The notes under the pieces: model-generated | What the model was told of the DNA's origin: nothing | What the model saw: the letters and a program-made list of their open reading frames with translations, nothing else | The model's database searches: none | Source of the DNA: Lytechinus pictus | Lineage: Eukaryota | Direction: 5' to 3' | NCBI RefSeq assembly: GCF_037042905.1 | Contig: NC_087253.1 | Span: 16,802,001-16,866,000 of the forward strand | DNA: 64,000 nt | Shown here: positions 13,144 through 27,588 of the stretch, one piece after another | Layout: each line of letters opens with the position of its first letter | Numbering within the stretch: the stretch's first letter is position 1 | Translations under genes and position numbers: made by a program

Positions 13144-13898
13144 AAGGGGCAAGGCGATATTGGATTCATCAGCTTCGTAAATAAGAAACTTTCCATTGAT
13201 TGCAAGTTCATTTTAGGTCCCCAAATCAATCATAAGTCTTGCAATTAATCACAAATTTACTATTGATCTGGTCTGCTTCTTGCATCAACAAGAATGATTT
13301 TTTTTTTAGTTTAAAATTGATCTATCACTTGTAAGTATGAAACTCTAATTTGCAACTGATTGCACAAATTTTCTTGCAACGCCCAAATAGATGCTTGGTT
13401 TGATATTGACTAATATCATGAGTATGAATTAATATTTTGGTCAAGGACATTTTGTATGCGTAGATAGGACAAAGATTCCCTTCTGTACGAGCCTTCTCTT
13501 GACAATGTCCACATAACAAAGAAAACTTTTTTTTTTGTAAAATGAATACGATTGCACCTTCAAAATTATTTTTTTCAAGCATGTCTAATGACGAAGCCTT
13601 TTTACTATACTAGTACATCGTACATGAACGAGTTTCAAGTTTCGATTTTTCATCTTCATATATAAATTAACAATTCATTCTATACTTTCTGACTTCTATT
13701 TACCTTTTGTCGAAATCAAAAGGTATAGACTAAATTTCAAAAGAACGTCAAGTTATCAAAGCCGTTGCTATAGTTGCTTATTTTACTTGCTATTATCGCC
13801 TATTCATTATGGAATTCGTTCTTGATCGATATATGTCACTTTCCTCAAAAGCAAAGCTATATCGGTCGTCATGGTAACCTGCATCCAAAGAGGCATAC

Positions 13899-13999
13899 CT
13901 GTCGCTTTTCCCGCCATTTTTGAAAAGCATCGTAAATTACTCCAATCTGGTAGATCCCACCCTATTGTTCGGTTTCCGCGTCGATTCCGCGCAGATGCG
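13899..13999 (-). other. Candidate 101-nt exon or alternative first exon with AAAATGGCG start (MAGKAT)
   Basis: Acceptor ACTTTCTTCCAG, donor CAG|GTATGC, CpG-rich, one open frame containing an ATG in good context. Confidence 0.3.
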
Positions 14000-14511
14000 C
14001 TGGAAGAAAGTCATCTTGCAGTTGGCTCTAAAGCGCAAAAATGCCTTGAGTAATGATTCGTTTAACGATCCGAGGCGTCGAGATATCGATCGAAATCTCA
14101 TTCATTAACTTCCCTTGTATTCATAACACTTGCGATAGTGGGACACCTTACTAAAAATATTATGAATCTTCCTTTAGCAGTGGAGTGTGTATCCTCAAAG
14201 ATGCGGAATAGAGGTAGTTGACGCATCCGCACGAAGCATAAAAAGGTGTATGAGTATTTTGCAAAAGATAGGGGCAAACATTAACGACTTTAATCAAGTT
14301 CATTGATTTCATTTGTATCATACCCGTTTCTTTACTTAGGCTTTTAGCGCAATTGTGTTTTCTCACTTTCACGGTTTCCAAAATGTTTATGTTTATTGTT
14401 TCTGATAATTGTATAAAGTCCACTTGCAGTCAAGACTCCAGACTGACCAAATCTATTACCTTTTTCTATTAACTTCAGTCTGTTTGGATGTTTTTGGTGA
14501 TGTAACTGTCC

Positions 14512-14778
14512 GCCTTTTCACACGGTAAAAAATAATTTGCATGATGATTTCAGTGGAAAATAAGGCTAATGGCGATTTTTTTTAAACGTGTGAAACCAAA
14601 ATAGTATCACGAACGCTAATTTTAATCACGAATTCAAATTCTACTCCAAAGGTGAATTCCGGCAGTTAAGTTTTACTCAAATTACGGTACAAATTTTCCG
14701 TATGAAAGGTCCGATGATTCTAAAGACGAATTGCAATCATCATTACAATGATGATTGAAGATTCACGTGTGAAAAGGC
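14512..14778. mobile_element. MITE, Harbinger-like
   Basis: 13-bp perfect TIR GCCTTTTCACACG / CGTGTGAAAAGGC. Confidence 0.7.
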
Positions 14779-17700
14779 CCTGTTTAAAATTGGGTACTGT
14801 ATATTGGCTTCAGTTTTGTTTTTCATAGTTGCAGATAAACGACACGTTTTATTACATAGAGGTGTCTTCTTTTAATTTCTTCATTAGAACTGTGGCTAGG
14901 TATAAGTTTAAAGATTTGCTCTGTCAAGTTTTTAAATGTGCAAAATCTATAACCAATGCTAGATAAAACACACACCTTCTTATATACTTCCCTATCTTAG
15001 GTGTATCATGGATCACCATGGCAACGAATTATATTTGATGTTCTGATTAAATTTACAGCGATAAGATAGAGCGACCTTTTTTAAACGATTGAAATGAATT
15101 GAATTGAAAATCAATTTCAAACAGGGTTGACAGGGAAATCTGTAAAAATTACCTGCACTTGATCAAATAAATGAAAAGGGCAAATAAAGAACCTGGAAGA
15201 GTTTGTACCGTTCATTGGAATATTCAATCAATTATTTCCTTTCTGTTTACATGTAAATTTGTAATTGAAATCGTGCACACGTGTACACGAGGTTTTGAGT
15301 ATTTGTCTTCCATTTGTTGAATTTGGCGCTTGGCAGCTTGAGTGACAATGGTGATTCTGATTATTAAATTCCAATTTCCTCGAATTTGGCGTTTGGAATT
15401 ATGTATTTCTGAATCTCGTCTTCTCGATTAATTGGTTAAATTTACTTTAGGAATGCATCAAATACCCGTACCTTGTGTCAATTTCGCGTCACCGTTGTCA
15501 ATTGATGTAGGGCAGATTTATAATTCTTCGTTGGATGACTATGTGGACACCTTCTCCAGTGATGCTTAAAATTATAAAACCCTCTCCATGATATATTATT
15601 TGAATTTATTAACTATATTATTTTATGATGAAGTTGAAACAAATACACATTTGATGTACTCTCGTCTCGTTTGAGACTGTAGGTATTAAAAATGAATGCT
15701 TTCCTGTACCAATCGGTTTACACCGATCATTTGCCTCAATCCACACTCTTGACGGTTTTTTTGTTTTGGTTGTTGATTATTTATTAATTATCCATAGATA
15801 TTAATATCTAGCGTGTTGACTCTTTTGTTTGTATTTATCCATCGCCCTTTTATTGTATTTGTGTGTTCCATTGACTCCCTCATACCTCTCCTTTCACCAC
15901 CTCCCCTTCACACACACACACACACACACACCGCCCCTCTCCCCCCCCCCCCACACGCACCCTCACCCTCACACACCCATACAACCGCCTCTCTCTCTCA
16001 ACCTTCTTTTTTTTTTTTACACAGTGATTAAGAATAAAAAAAATTGTGAAAATGATACCTGCTCATACCGTTTGTAGCACAAAATTCACTACTTTATGAA
16101 ACATAACGTATCCATTCATAAGAAGTCATGTAATTCATCACTGATCTCCTCCTGAGCAATTATTGCGAGCATTCATGACGACTTCGTAGGACATTGCACT
16201 CCCCGTTTCGTATCTTTCATAATGATAACCCCTACCCTGTGTTATTATACTCCCAGACAATTTACTCAGAAATCCATCGGCAAACCTCGTAAAATCCATT
16301 CATATGCAAATGATTAAATTTCAATTTCAATCTCGAATTAGCCCTTTATCACGGATAAATTAATCTTGTTAGGGGCGTCAAACGGAATTAGTTCGCCATA
16401 ACTCGGGCTGATTTTAGAATTATGAAATAAGAGGATGGAGACGGTATTGCTCGGACGATAAAGGGTATGAAAGTCTGTGATAGCCATTTAAAATAGCGTT
16501 TGGTATACGCCATGACACGTCATCTGTTGGCACCAACACTAAAAGTATTTTGATCGAAATTTAGCATTTTCTATTTTAGTATTGTGGAACGTGATACACG
16601 ATGAAGTCATAAATTCATAAATTAAATCGAGATCCCAATTGATGGGGATAACTTCATATCGCCTAAAGAATTATAATATCTTAGACGTTTTAATGTTATA
16701 TGAACCCTTTTTCAATTCTGAAATTGGCAAATATGGCGAATTTTTTAAACCACTTTCGTTTTATCATCAGATGAATCTCACGAAGGACTGTGAACAATTT
16801 TATTTAATTTTTTTTATGGCGAGCATTCTTCTTACTATTCCCATTTGCAAAGTTGCAAAGATGGTCCTCTTAAAGGTGCTCTTAGTACCGCACCTGTCAA
16901 TGGTATAAATCTTCAGAACTATTAAAAAAGTTTACTGTAATGCAAACGGCGGAATCAGACATACTTATCCAGTTACACAAGCCGCGTGTATAGTCACACG
17001 TACGCTGATGCAATTTGGCGGGAAATAATGGCGGGAAATTTGCCATCGGCTCAATGGCATGATTAGTGAGGGCAACATCATGTGTTATTTCAACCGAGAT
17101 AGCGGCAGACGAGTGCCATTGATTAACTTTAGCATTCTTTTCCACTAAAAGTAACCCATCCCACCACTATGGGGTGACAGCAATTAAGTCCTCTTATCGC
17201 ATTTTGCGTTTGGAACCTTCTTTGCACATCGCTATGAATACTAAGACGGATCGCCCACATAGGTCCTACTCTAACTATGGTGACACTATGCAAGACGAAT
17301 TTAGTTTTAAAGTAGAATGAACATGGTAATACATTGAATGATTGAGAGTTGATATAACAATCATTAACAAATGAATTATAAGGGCATGAACAAACGGATA
17401 AAACCAAGTTTAATTGTACTTGTTCAAAAATATACACACAGAGAAACACCAAATAGCACACAAAACGAACGAATTGATGTCAATGACAAACTTCGCATGA
17501 AATTCAAAGAAAGATATATCAAAGGATTACAACATGTTTTTTTAATTTCATTTCAGATAATTTGTTTCTTACTTTAACATTTCTACCACTTCACTTTTAA
17601 GGATTTCCTTCCCTCTATCCATGCGAGGAAAATGAATAACAAGTCATGCTTCCTATTAATTAATCAACAAAATGTCTTACACTCCAGTGTGGTGTAGGGT

Positions 17701-17812
17701 TACAGGGGGACTCTAGATATTTCCATTCAACAACGGAAAAGTATGACAAGAAAAACGCCAGTGATTAACACGCAGAAACCACAAAACTAAGGGATATTGG
17801 TGGCATACTTAC

Positions 17813-17886
17813 AAGTTTGATTTGGGTCGATGGAAGCTTGGCCCTTGTGTATTTTGGTCGGAGTCTTGAGGGATGTGGTTTCCTTT
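17813..17886 (-). other. Candidate 74-nt exon
   Basis: Strong acceptor CTTTTCTCTTTTGTCAG and donor GTAAGT; all three frames are open. A 95-nt GT-AG interval (17887-17981) separates it from the upstream donor. Confidence 0.45.
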
Positions 17887-17981
17887 CTGACAAAAGAGAA
17901 AAGATGAGAATAGGATATATAGAGCAACACGACATTTTGTTTATATGTTTGTTCGGTGAATTACTCTGTCTTTATGCTTAC

Positions 17982-18064
17982 CTGAATGCACAGAAACACA
18001 CAAAAGCGAAGGTGACACCAAAAATAGACTTTTTAAGAAAATAAGTCAGTAGTTGTATACATTT
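17982..18064 (-). other. Candidate 83-nt exon (or recursive splice site at 17982)
   Basis: Acceptor GTTTCTTTTTAG and donor CAG|GTAAGC. One open frame, KCIQLLTYFLKKSIFGVTFAFVCFCAF, with no recognisable homology. Confidence 0.3.
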
Positions 18065-21000
18065 CTAAAAAGAAACACCCTTTAGAAACATCACAAAGTT
18101 TAACTTAAATAAAGGGAGGTAGTGGTTTACAAGTGGTGTTAAAACGTATTCAGTATCAATTCCCTACGGTTTAACCAGTATTGTCCAAACTGAACAAGAA
18201 CAAAACACGACTGCTGAAGAAGAAGGGCGGTCTAACTGTGTTATTAAAAAAATGATAGGTTACATTTACAAGCCAAAAAGCCGAGTATATGCGTGCTATA
18301 ATTGCCTTCTTGAGCGGATCTTAGGTCCCTAATCTTCCCGAGGCGTAGCACGAACTAGTTCCATTGGTGGTAGTACGGTTCCCTGCGGCACACCAACAGG
18401 CGCCACATGCAAGAAAAACGCTTGTTTTGGCGTGGTGGGAAAAGCATATGCGGCCTTCTCTGATACTGATGAACAATATTTATGTGTTGCAGAGGCAACT
18501 GACCTGTGTAAAGTCTTATATTGTCTATTGGCAGCAATCTTGTAAAATATCTGATGTTACAGCTTAAACAGGATAACTCGACTTCCCTTTATATTTCACA
18601 TCAGAAATCTTACTTCTATAGAAAGTGTGAATATGCATGTGTGGGAGGGTGTGTGTGTGTGTGTGTGTGCATACGTATTTGTATGGGGTTAATTCTATGC
18701 AAAAGTTTCACCCCCCCCAAAAAAAAAAAAAAAAAGATGAATGTGCTGTTTCAGTGTTATTTTGACCACAAAAGACTATGCAATTGTTTTAGATTTATGC
18801 AAATACTATTACTTTTAGATATATTTCGTCCGTAAACCCTATACTTATTTTTGTTGCAATATTAATTATAATTATATCAAAATAACCAACGAATGTAGCT
18901 GAAATGTGAAGTAAAGAGTGACGTGAAACTGTAGGCCTATACCAGTAAGATAAGTACACTCAACCTTTTCATCAAGAATATGGGGATAATTCAGTTATCG
19001 GCGGGGCGGGTAAACTCGAAAATCACGTTACGAAAAATAGTTCCATTGCCTGAAAAGTAGCACGATTTTAATGAGCATGGCATAATACTAGATGACGGAG
19101 AAACGAGTGAGGCTGAATACATCCCCGTTGACGCAAGAAGGGCACATATTCATCATTTTATTATCATCCTCCTGTCTCAGACCCACATGCATAGCCACCC
19201 CATGGCGCCGCGAGTTCTGTCGTTTCCCGATTAGATCATAATGATCGTTGGTTAGATCTATCGTTTCGTCAGATGATGGGGGCACACATGTATGTATTAA
19301 ACTACGATGGATAAGGAGGAATGGATATAAAGGGTCCATATTGGTGACAATATAGTGCTTGAATATAAACGTCAGTCGGGATTAAGGCCACAGTGCTGCA
19401 GAATTCGTTTTTTTTAATCTAACGTTTGACGAATTTTCGATAAGTACATGTAGATATTAAAAAATAACTTGTCATAATTTGTCCCTTCTTCCATATTTAT
19501 CATTTTTACTGCAACTCAATTCACCCCCCCCAAAAAAAAAAAAAAAAAAGAATTATAATAATAATAACAAATAACAAGTACAAAAATAAATTTAGAATAA
19601 TTACATGAATAAATGAAAATGAAAATAAAAATGAAAATAGAATAAAATAAAATAAATGAATAATGGATAAATAACATTAAAAATAAATAAATCTTAACAA
19701 AATGTTAAACTGACAGGGTCTGCATTTCTTGCCACATAACACGGGTGTGTCGATGTAATAATTTTGATCAGCATTTCGAACATTTTGGTACTCTAATATT
19801 TAGTCTCAAAGTGCACTGTGACAATATTGATAAATCTGAAGAAAAGAGAGTACCCTAGGTTTGGAAAATAAAGTATGATGTATAAACTCGATCATGATAT
19901 AACTGGGCCGTGATCATGTTCCTCAGCAAGAATTAAAACATCCTTCGCTCAAGGCGAATGATACTTTATACAGATGTACGCACAGAAACGTCCTCCTGAT
20001 CAACGTCTGTTCAAGCCGACAGCACAACTTCACCGCCTGTCTGGTGAGATATCACAATTTATGGGTTAAAGGTATGTGGATATTGTGAGGTAATAATGAA
20101 AAGAAAGGATATTAGATTCTCACCACTCCTTTATTGTTTTGACGGACTTTTTATGCGGATTTCAAAAAATAAAATTTCGTAACTTCGTCTACGAGCCACC
20201 ATATTCCTTAGCTTGGTAATTTCTTATCTTCTTGGATGCCTGAATTTTCATTCTACAATGACATATTCAGATATATTATGTCATACATGCATCTATTACA
20301 GAAAATATGCGTGTAATTTGCCCGGGGTAATATGATCATTATGAACCACTTAAAATGTGACATCCAAGCGGACTATATAACCATGTCATACACGTTGTTA
20401 AAAAAATGTGTTTTAGCACCTTTTTACAAACATTCCCCACTCCCATCTTTTACAAATGCAATTTGGCTCCTTCTTGGTCTGAAGTAATAAGGCATTGGGC
20501 CGCATAACTTCAATTTGCAAAGAAAAACCTTTTCTAAGAGTGTAAGGAGGGTTTCTCGCATATGACATCGCAAAAGGAAAATTTAAGAAATTAATTACTC
20601 TATTATGCTTTAATGGATCTTCCCCAATAAATGTTCAGTCGGTCGTTGTCTTATTTGATGAAATAAACACGTGACTTCGGTATAAACTTCCCTTTAAAAA
20701 CAAAGCATGAGTTTCTCTGCGCTCATGACGTATCCAATAATATTTACAGTCATCGTTGCATTTCTAAGTATTCCCCACTTGCTTGAAATTGGCTGTCTGG
20801 CTGAAAAGGGCCTAGTTCGAGTGTTGTATTACAGTGACATGACAAATATGACAAAGTGGCCCAGAAAATGAAGGAGGATTTCGTTTGTTTTGAGTTCACT
20901 CATGCAACCAGAATGATGGCAATTACAGCCAGAAAGGGCACGGGGTAATACGTCGTATTGTTCTAAAACTTCTAAACATTCTCTCACCTTTTCCACGTAG

Positions 21001-22879
21001 AACCATGCAGGGTTTTGAGGGTGAAACACCTTCTCAGAAAAATATTTTGTAATCCAAGATTTTTATTTGTTTGCTTTAAATATTATAATTGAATGATTCG
21101 GTGAAAGCATTTTACTCAATTCCACATCTTTCAAACGTTAATGACGGATGATGAAAATTAATTTCTGGCATATAAAGGGTGTTAATGGCAAACAATTTGT
21201 TGGGAATTATTAATATTTCTTATTAATGAAGTTATTTCATCTTCGGGAAAATCAGTGTTTCTCTCTCTCCCTCTCTCTCTCTCTCTCCCTCTCTCTCAAG
21301 CAATATAATTCGTTCTCGGTTCCACATAAAACGCGGCAGTACAAATGGATCGCGTAACCTGCAATGAGCAATCATCTGTAGTTGCGTGTGCATCGTGTAA
21401 AACCCTATATCAACCAATCAGAAAATGTTTGAAGTTTGGAGCCGATTGCTATTGCTTCAATATTTAAGACCCTTATCAAACAAACAGATATATGGAACCA
21501 CATTTGGAACTTACACGTCTTCTTGATTTCTTCGTGGTAGACCTACATGTAAAGTGTTTTATTTTGTAATTCATTGATTCTCGTACGACCGTAGAATCTC
21601 AATAGCGCTGTCAATCATGGCACAGCTTCTTAATCGGCTTAAAGTACCATCATCGTTACCTTATTTTCAAATGAAAACTATCAATAATCATTCTCTATTC
21701 TTCGCTTCCAGTTATACTTTCATCATTATTTCCGCTCAGAGAGGGGGGAAGAAGGGGGAACTGGAATGTCCGTTTGTGGCGGGAAGAAAACTAATTCGCA
21801 ATCAAGATGATCATAACGATAGTGATATCGACTGCTTTTATCGATTAATATCATCGTCTGATTCGCCATTCCCGAATTTGTCACGATCTAAGCTTCTACG
21901 GCGGTATCGGATTTCGTTTTGATCGTTTTAATGGTCATCCATCAATAGACAGGAGACGATGAATCGAGATCGGTGCAAATACAACTCCGTTTTTATTTGT
22001 AGCATACCTTGAAAACGCAACGATAACCATGCTTATGATTAAAAAGATGAGAGAAAGTAAAATTACTCGTTTAGTTTTGAATAAGTTGCTGGAAATGATA
22101 TAGATGTAAAGTCACATTTGATTGCAACTTTTATAAACATTTAAACATGTTAAATGAATTATTCTAGGTATTTCAAAGTGTTTAGCAAATTATTGGTTTG
22201 ATATTTAATTACATTGCGTATTCTTTTCCATTAATTAAATTATCAAAGGAATCTGATTAATATCAACTAGAATAAAATCGGACAACTACATATAACGATA
22301 GATTGACTTACAAGAAGTTTTTGCCAGACCGCCTACATTTCCTTCTACAACGTCGGCTGATTATGTAACATAATTTTATCGTGGACAACTCAATACTGAG
22401 TATGCGGTCAGTATACCCTGATACGATAGCGCATTCGGGGAGAAATGTGGACATACTTTTTTGCCGTACTTTGGCAAAATAAAGCAAGTTATAAAAGTAT
22501 CATAATATAAGAAAGTGTGTTCGTCATTTACATAGGCAGTCAATGCAATTTAGCAGCATATTTTCTTCAATATCTTTCCATAGAACGATCATTTCTTCCC
22601 TAAATTTTGCCTTAACCATGTTAACGCGCAACATGCATAGGTGTTTTAGAAACAGCAATAACTCAAATTTGACTGAAGTGTCACTTGCTTCCTTTTGCCA
22701 AAGTTGGGCAGTTTTGCCCTTGCGCCCGCTCATTATATAAACCATGTGTCATTGAATATGTCATATTAACACCTGTACCTCTCTAGGTGAATGAATATGA
22801 TTGCCCTCTCACTAATAAGCATAAGACAATGGTCACCATAATGACGCTTTCGTCAACAGCGCGTTTTCGCTTCACGACG

Positions 22880-23122
22880 GTCGTACGGAGGATTCAAAGG
22901 TTAACGTATTGAAAAAGCCCGCCAAATGATAAAAAACAGCTGAAATGTCATTGTATTTGTCGAAATTCGTGAACCGAAACAGAAGATCATCCTAAGATTC
23001 GAAATTTTCAAATATGTCGTTTATCCAGAATCGAGGACCTAATTGCGGGTTTGATATATCAATTTTCGACAAAGACTTCTTTGTTCTTTGTCATGACGGG
23101 CATTAGACAATCCTCCGTACGT
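22880..23122 (+). mobile_element. MITE, family with related copies at 52460-52660 (+) and 61375-61570 (-)
   Basis: TIR CGTACGGAGGATT / AATCCTCCGTACG. Internal CCCG(C/T)CAAATGA, TCCTAAGATTCG and TCGACAAAGACTTCTT...TTTGTCATGA(C/A)GGGCA blocks are shared with the 52460 copy and, more diverged, with the 61375 copy. Confidence 0.7.
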
Positions 23123-26100
23123 CTCTTAGCGAGAACTCCCTGTTGTAATAAATGACAACGCAAAAAAATGAAGAAAAGGTGGGATAGTTGAGAATTTTTT
23201 TTTAAAAGAGTACACATTTAAACAGATTTCAAACGGCTTTCACACCTAAACGATTTAGCCAGTGTGTGCCGAATTCAAATGTAATCGAAATGTAGATAAT
23301 TACCTTAAAGGTAGAAGTAAAAGGATTTTGGCGGATATATGCAGGGGGAATAGTGGACAATATACAACGAAAACGATAAACGTCAGAAGTACAAAATGAC
23401 TAAAAACGATAAGGTATAACTAAAACGGGATAAAGATTTTTTTTTCGGAGACTTTACATGTTTTAGATTTTTTTAATTATTTTACCCGAAATTACCTGAT
23501 TTGTAATCAGGTTTACACACGATATGATTATGCCTTATGCTAAACTCCGTTTTGTTTCCGATGAATTCAGTCTCTAAAAATCGAAAACCTTTAAATTAAT
23601 CCAAACTGGATATCCCTACACGCTTCATATTACAAATTATCGCCATTTAAAATTAATTGAATGCCCACTGTGCGATATATAATATTTCATACACCAGATG
23701 CCTCCATCAGTATGCGGATATGTATCCCTTCGCCCGATAGTTTGAAACATTTGCAATGTGACATTTTGATGGACTATCATTTTGAGCGGTGACATCCCTT
23801 AACAAGTCGCCCTTCTCCCCGGGGCCGTATCAGCTGCTTAGTCCGACGACACGGCTCCCTGCCCACTGTCCAAACACGAATGCTATTTCAGATTGTTTTC
23901 CATTTTAATTACCCATCGGCCCATCATCAGCGTGATCAGGGCAAGTTCACACGACGTCGCAGAGGGAGCGATGACCGAGTCCGTAAAAGGAAAACCGCGC
24001 TTACCGCTGTATACACCTTAAAATCGGCGCGAATTTTGCTATGTTCTACATCGTCATGCGAGAATAAAATGTATCTTCGCGCATTTAAGATTTTTTTAAC
24101 GCATTCACGAAGCTTTTTGTACGATAATGCGATATTCACGCGAATGTGTCTTAATAAGCTACTCAATCTGACTGTTAAAACTGATCATTATGTTACAGTT
24201 ACTCTAAGGAGAGTGACGACAGATCAAAGAAACCTCTTTCGTGATTTCAAATGGTATTTCATCAGTCGGTTTGGAGTCAGATTCGTTGGTACATTTACAA
24301 CTTTAGTAATACTTTTAATGTCATGTCTGGGTCTGAAATTACCCCATCCCTAAAGGGTCTCTGACCGCATCACAGTCCTATTCACTCGTTTTAATGTTGG
24401 ACATGATTATTTCTCTCATAGTTTTCAACGCCGGCCAGACACTTTTATCATTGAAGTAATGTATTTCCGGTCTGACAGTGTCATATTTCACCGCTTTAAA
24501 ACGCTTCGTATCTTAACTAGGACAGGTTGCAGGAAGAGATACGATTAAACGTAACTAATGAAAAAAAAACGCAAATCGACAATGTGTAAGTTTGATTGGT
24601 TGAAATCAAAAAACTTTTAATTTTCGAGGTTTCGTTTTGTTGCAAATCTTCCTTAGACAAGACCAAGAGCATATATGGGCTAAAATCTGCTTTAATGAAC
24701 ATTTCCATGAGATGTAGGTTTAATGTCTCAAAATAGATTATGTTTAACTCCACTTCACCCCACCCCTCGCCGTGAATAGTGCAGTGTTCCAATGCTCAAT
24801 AATTGCTGTATAAATTGTTGATGCCAACATTTTGCTTCTGTAAAAGTTGATACAGGCCCGGAAAACGCTTGTGTATTTTTCAAATGAGGCAAGGGGACCT
24901 TAATAGTTCCTGTGACGTCCTTGCTTTCATCGGTCCTTTGGAACATCCCTCTCTTTTGTATTCTCTTCTTTCTTCCTTTTCACTCCAGTCATCCCTTTTC
25001 ATCATAATTTATTTTAGGGGCTGCCCCCTCCTCTCTCTCTCTTTCTCTCTCCCTCTCTCCTCTTCTACCGCACCGTTCGTGACTTCATAATCCATAATCC
25101 CACGACAGTACACATGTAGGGTTTTCATCCTATTTCTTCTTCATTGATTAATAATGGAGGAAGAAGACGGAAGACAACCATGTCTATGAGACAATCTACT
25201 CTCTCAGTAATCATCAGTTTTGTTTACCCGAATGGATTTTTCGGGCAATAAACAATTGAATATCCTAGTCAGACCGATGAAACCGACTCGAAACCAACCG
25301 ATAGCATTGCGTTATTTCGAATGACAAAACAACAGTCGAGTTGGGGGTCGGTTTCACTGGCATGATCGGTGAGAATGTAGCTTAAACTTGAGTCAAGGGA
25401 AACTACGTTGTTATTGAAAAGAGGCGCTATATTAGGCAAGGCATACAACTAGGACAATGTATTATAAGCATATTAGAGAGGCCGACATTTTGGTCGTGGA
25501 ATAGGATTAAGAAGGACAAAGATTTGTCTTGAAACGTATAATAATTAAGGCAGTTCATCCTTCTCTCGGCGTTGACATTGTGAAGGGGATACTGAGGGCC
25601 AATACTAGAGAATGGCGGTCGCAGTTTAATGCCGAGAGTAGAAAAACAAAGGAGAAACGACAGACGTGAATATACACAGCGAAACACTACAACACATGTC
25701 TAGCAGACAAATAAAAAATGGAGAGAGAGAGAATTCATGGGTGGAAAGACAACTGAAAAGTTACACTAAATATACACGTATCCTACACGCCCACAGAGGT
25801 GGAGCCCAGATTTTTAAAACGCATTGAACATTATGAGGGGGGGGGGGGCAAAAGTATCGAATAATGGATGTCCACATTTTCCTCCTCGAATATCCGACAA
25901 GAAAAAGATATATTAAAACAAGTTGGCAGAAGGGTCATCACGCTTCTAGTAGTGCAGGCCAAATTTCGTCTCTTGCATATTAAGGATTGGTGGGCCCCCC
26001 CCCCCCAAAAAAAAGGGGGGAACCATCAATGTTGCACTTGTATAAAAAAACAAAAGTATAAACATAATAATGAATGAGAACTATAAAAAAAAATCATATT

Positions 26101-26639
26101 AAAACATTAATTAGTCCTTAATTCTTTTCAATGAATTGTCATCCCCCCCCCAAACTCTCTCCGAATCCCCCAGAATATTTTCCTCTTCAATATGAGACCA
26201 CACCTGTATAGCTATAATCTTTAACTTGTTTTATGCCCTTAACATCGCTTTGTATCCTGTGAAAAAAAACACATGAAACTAATTATTATTTATCTATTTA
26301 CATGACAACCCAAGGCATGAAATAATCAATTTTAGTTGAAAAATAAATCTTCAATCATATATTTCATACTTCGACGAGTAAATAAATGTATACTGTAATA
26401 TCCCTTTCAATTCGAAACCGATGATACAGACGAACCACACTCTTTATCATCCACTGATGCGGAACATCCACTGTTGTGCGTATTTTGTGTTAGCATGACC
26501 TTGATTATTTGGTGTATATTATCAGTATTTTCAAGATGTCGTTCTTAGTTAATTTGATTTATTGATATTTGATTATACGTCAAACGAGTGCCCGTCTGCG
26601 TTTTGTTTGCTGCTAAGTTTGTTTATGTTTCGTTTTACA

Positions 26640-26800
26640 TTAAAATCCTAATGTGTATCTTAATGCCGTTACATTGTGTACATACGTTATGCACTTTGTA
26701 AATATGTTTATTGTTATTCAGGGCCCCATGGAAGACCACTACTTATTGGTGAATGGGATACCCTGTCAAAATATCAGAAATAAATGAATAAATAAATAAA
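26640..26800 (+). mobile_element. LINE 3' end (CR1/L2 group)
   Basis: Hairpin CAGGGCCCCAT...ATGGGATACCCTG followed by an (AAAT)n tail. Confidence 0.5.
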
Positions 26801-27588
26801 TCATCCAGAAGCTGATTTCTCCTTTAATCTCCCCCGCATATATACTCAGCTCGCACCTGCGGCGGAGACGGACAGATTGTGGCCAATTGATTCACGTTGT
26901 TCGAGTTGACTTTTCGAATCCCCAATTTCATTTTGTAATTCACTCCCGTGTACAAAACATCTCATGGGCTTTAACCACGGGCGAAGCGTATTCTCTGTAC
27001 TTTAATGCACTGCTGACTTGATCCCAGTTTCAAAATTGAATCGTACCTGAAACTAATACCGAAAGTACACCCCCCCCTCCCCCTCATCCGAAGCGCCTAC
27101 TGTGAGTTATGTCTGTTTTCATTATACACGTATGTGATGACCGTACATTTCTTTTTTTTTTGTGGAAACGCATGAACATTAGTTTGAAAATCTAAAATCT
27201 AAATTTTAAAGTTGTCTGCATACCCCAAGGTTATTCGTCTTAGAGAATTTTTCGGAGGGTTTTTTTCTGTCACGTTAATTGGACTATTACACGCACACCC
27301 ACTTGTATATTTTAAAGGCCTATATCTACGCATTTATTCACCATGACATCTAACTACTAGTATTTGGTAAAGGATTCTTCAGTTAAATACACTAAATTGG
27401 TTTCTAATTCATTTCATTAATTTCCGATGGTGAACCCTCTTTTAACCCAAATATCAATTGCAATTGCCATTGCTATGAGCGCGGTTAGTGATAACATTAT
27501 TTCAATTTTTGTACACGATCGTAGCGGTGAAAAAATGCAAGGATGTAATAATTACGTTTTCTTACTATTATATGTACAGTCTCTTTTC

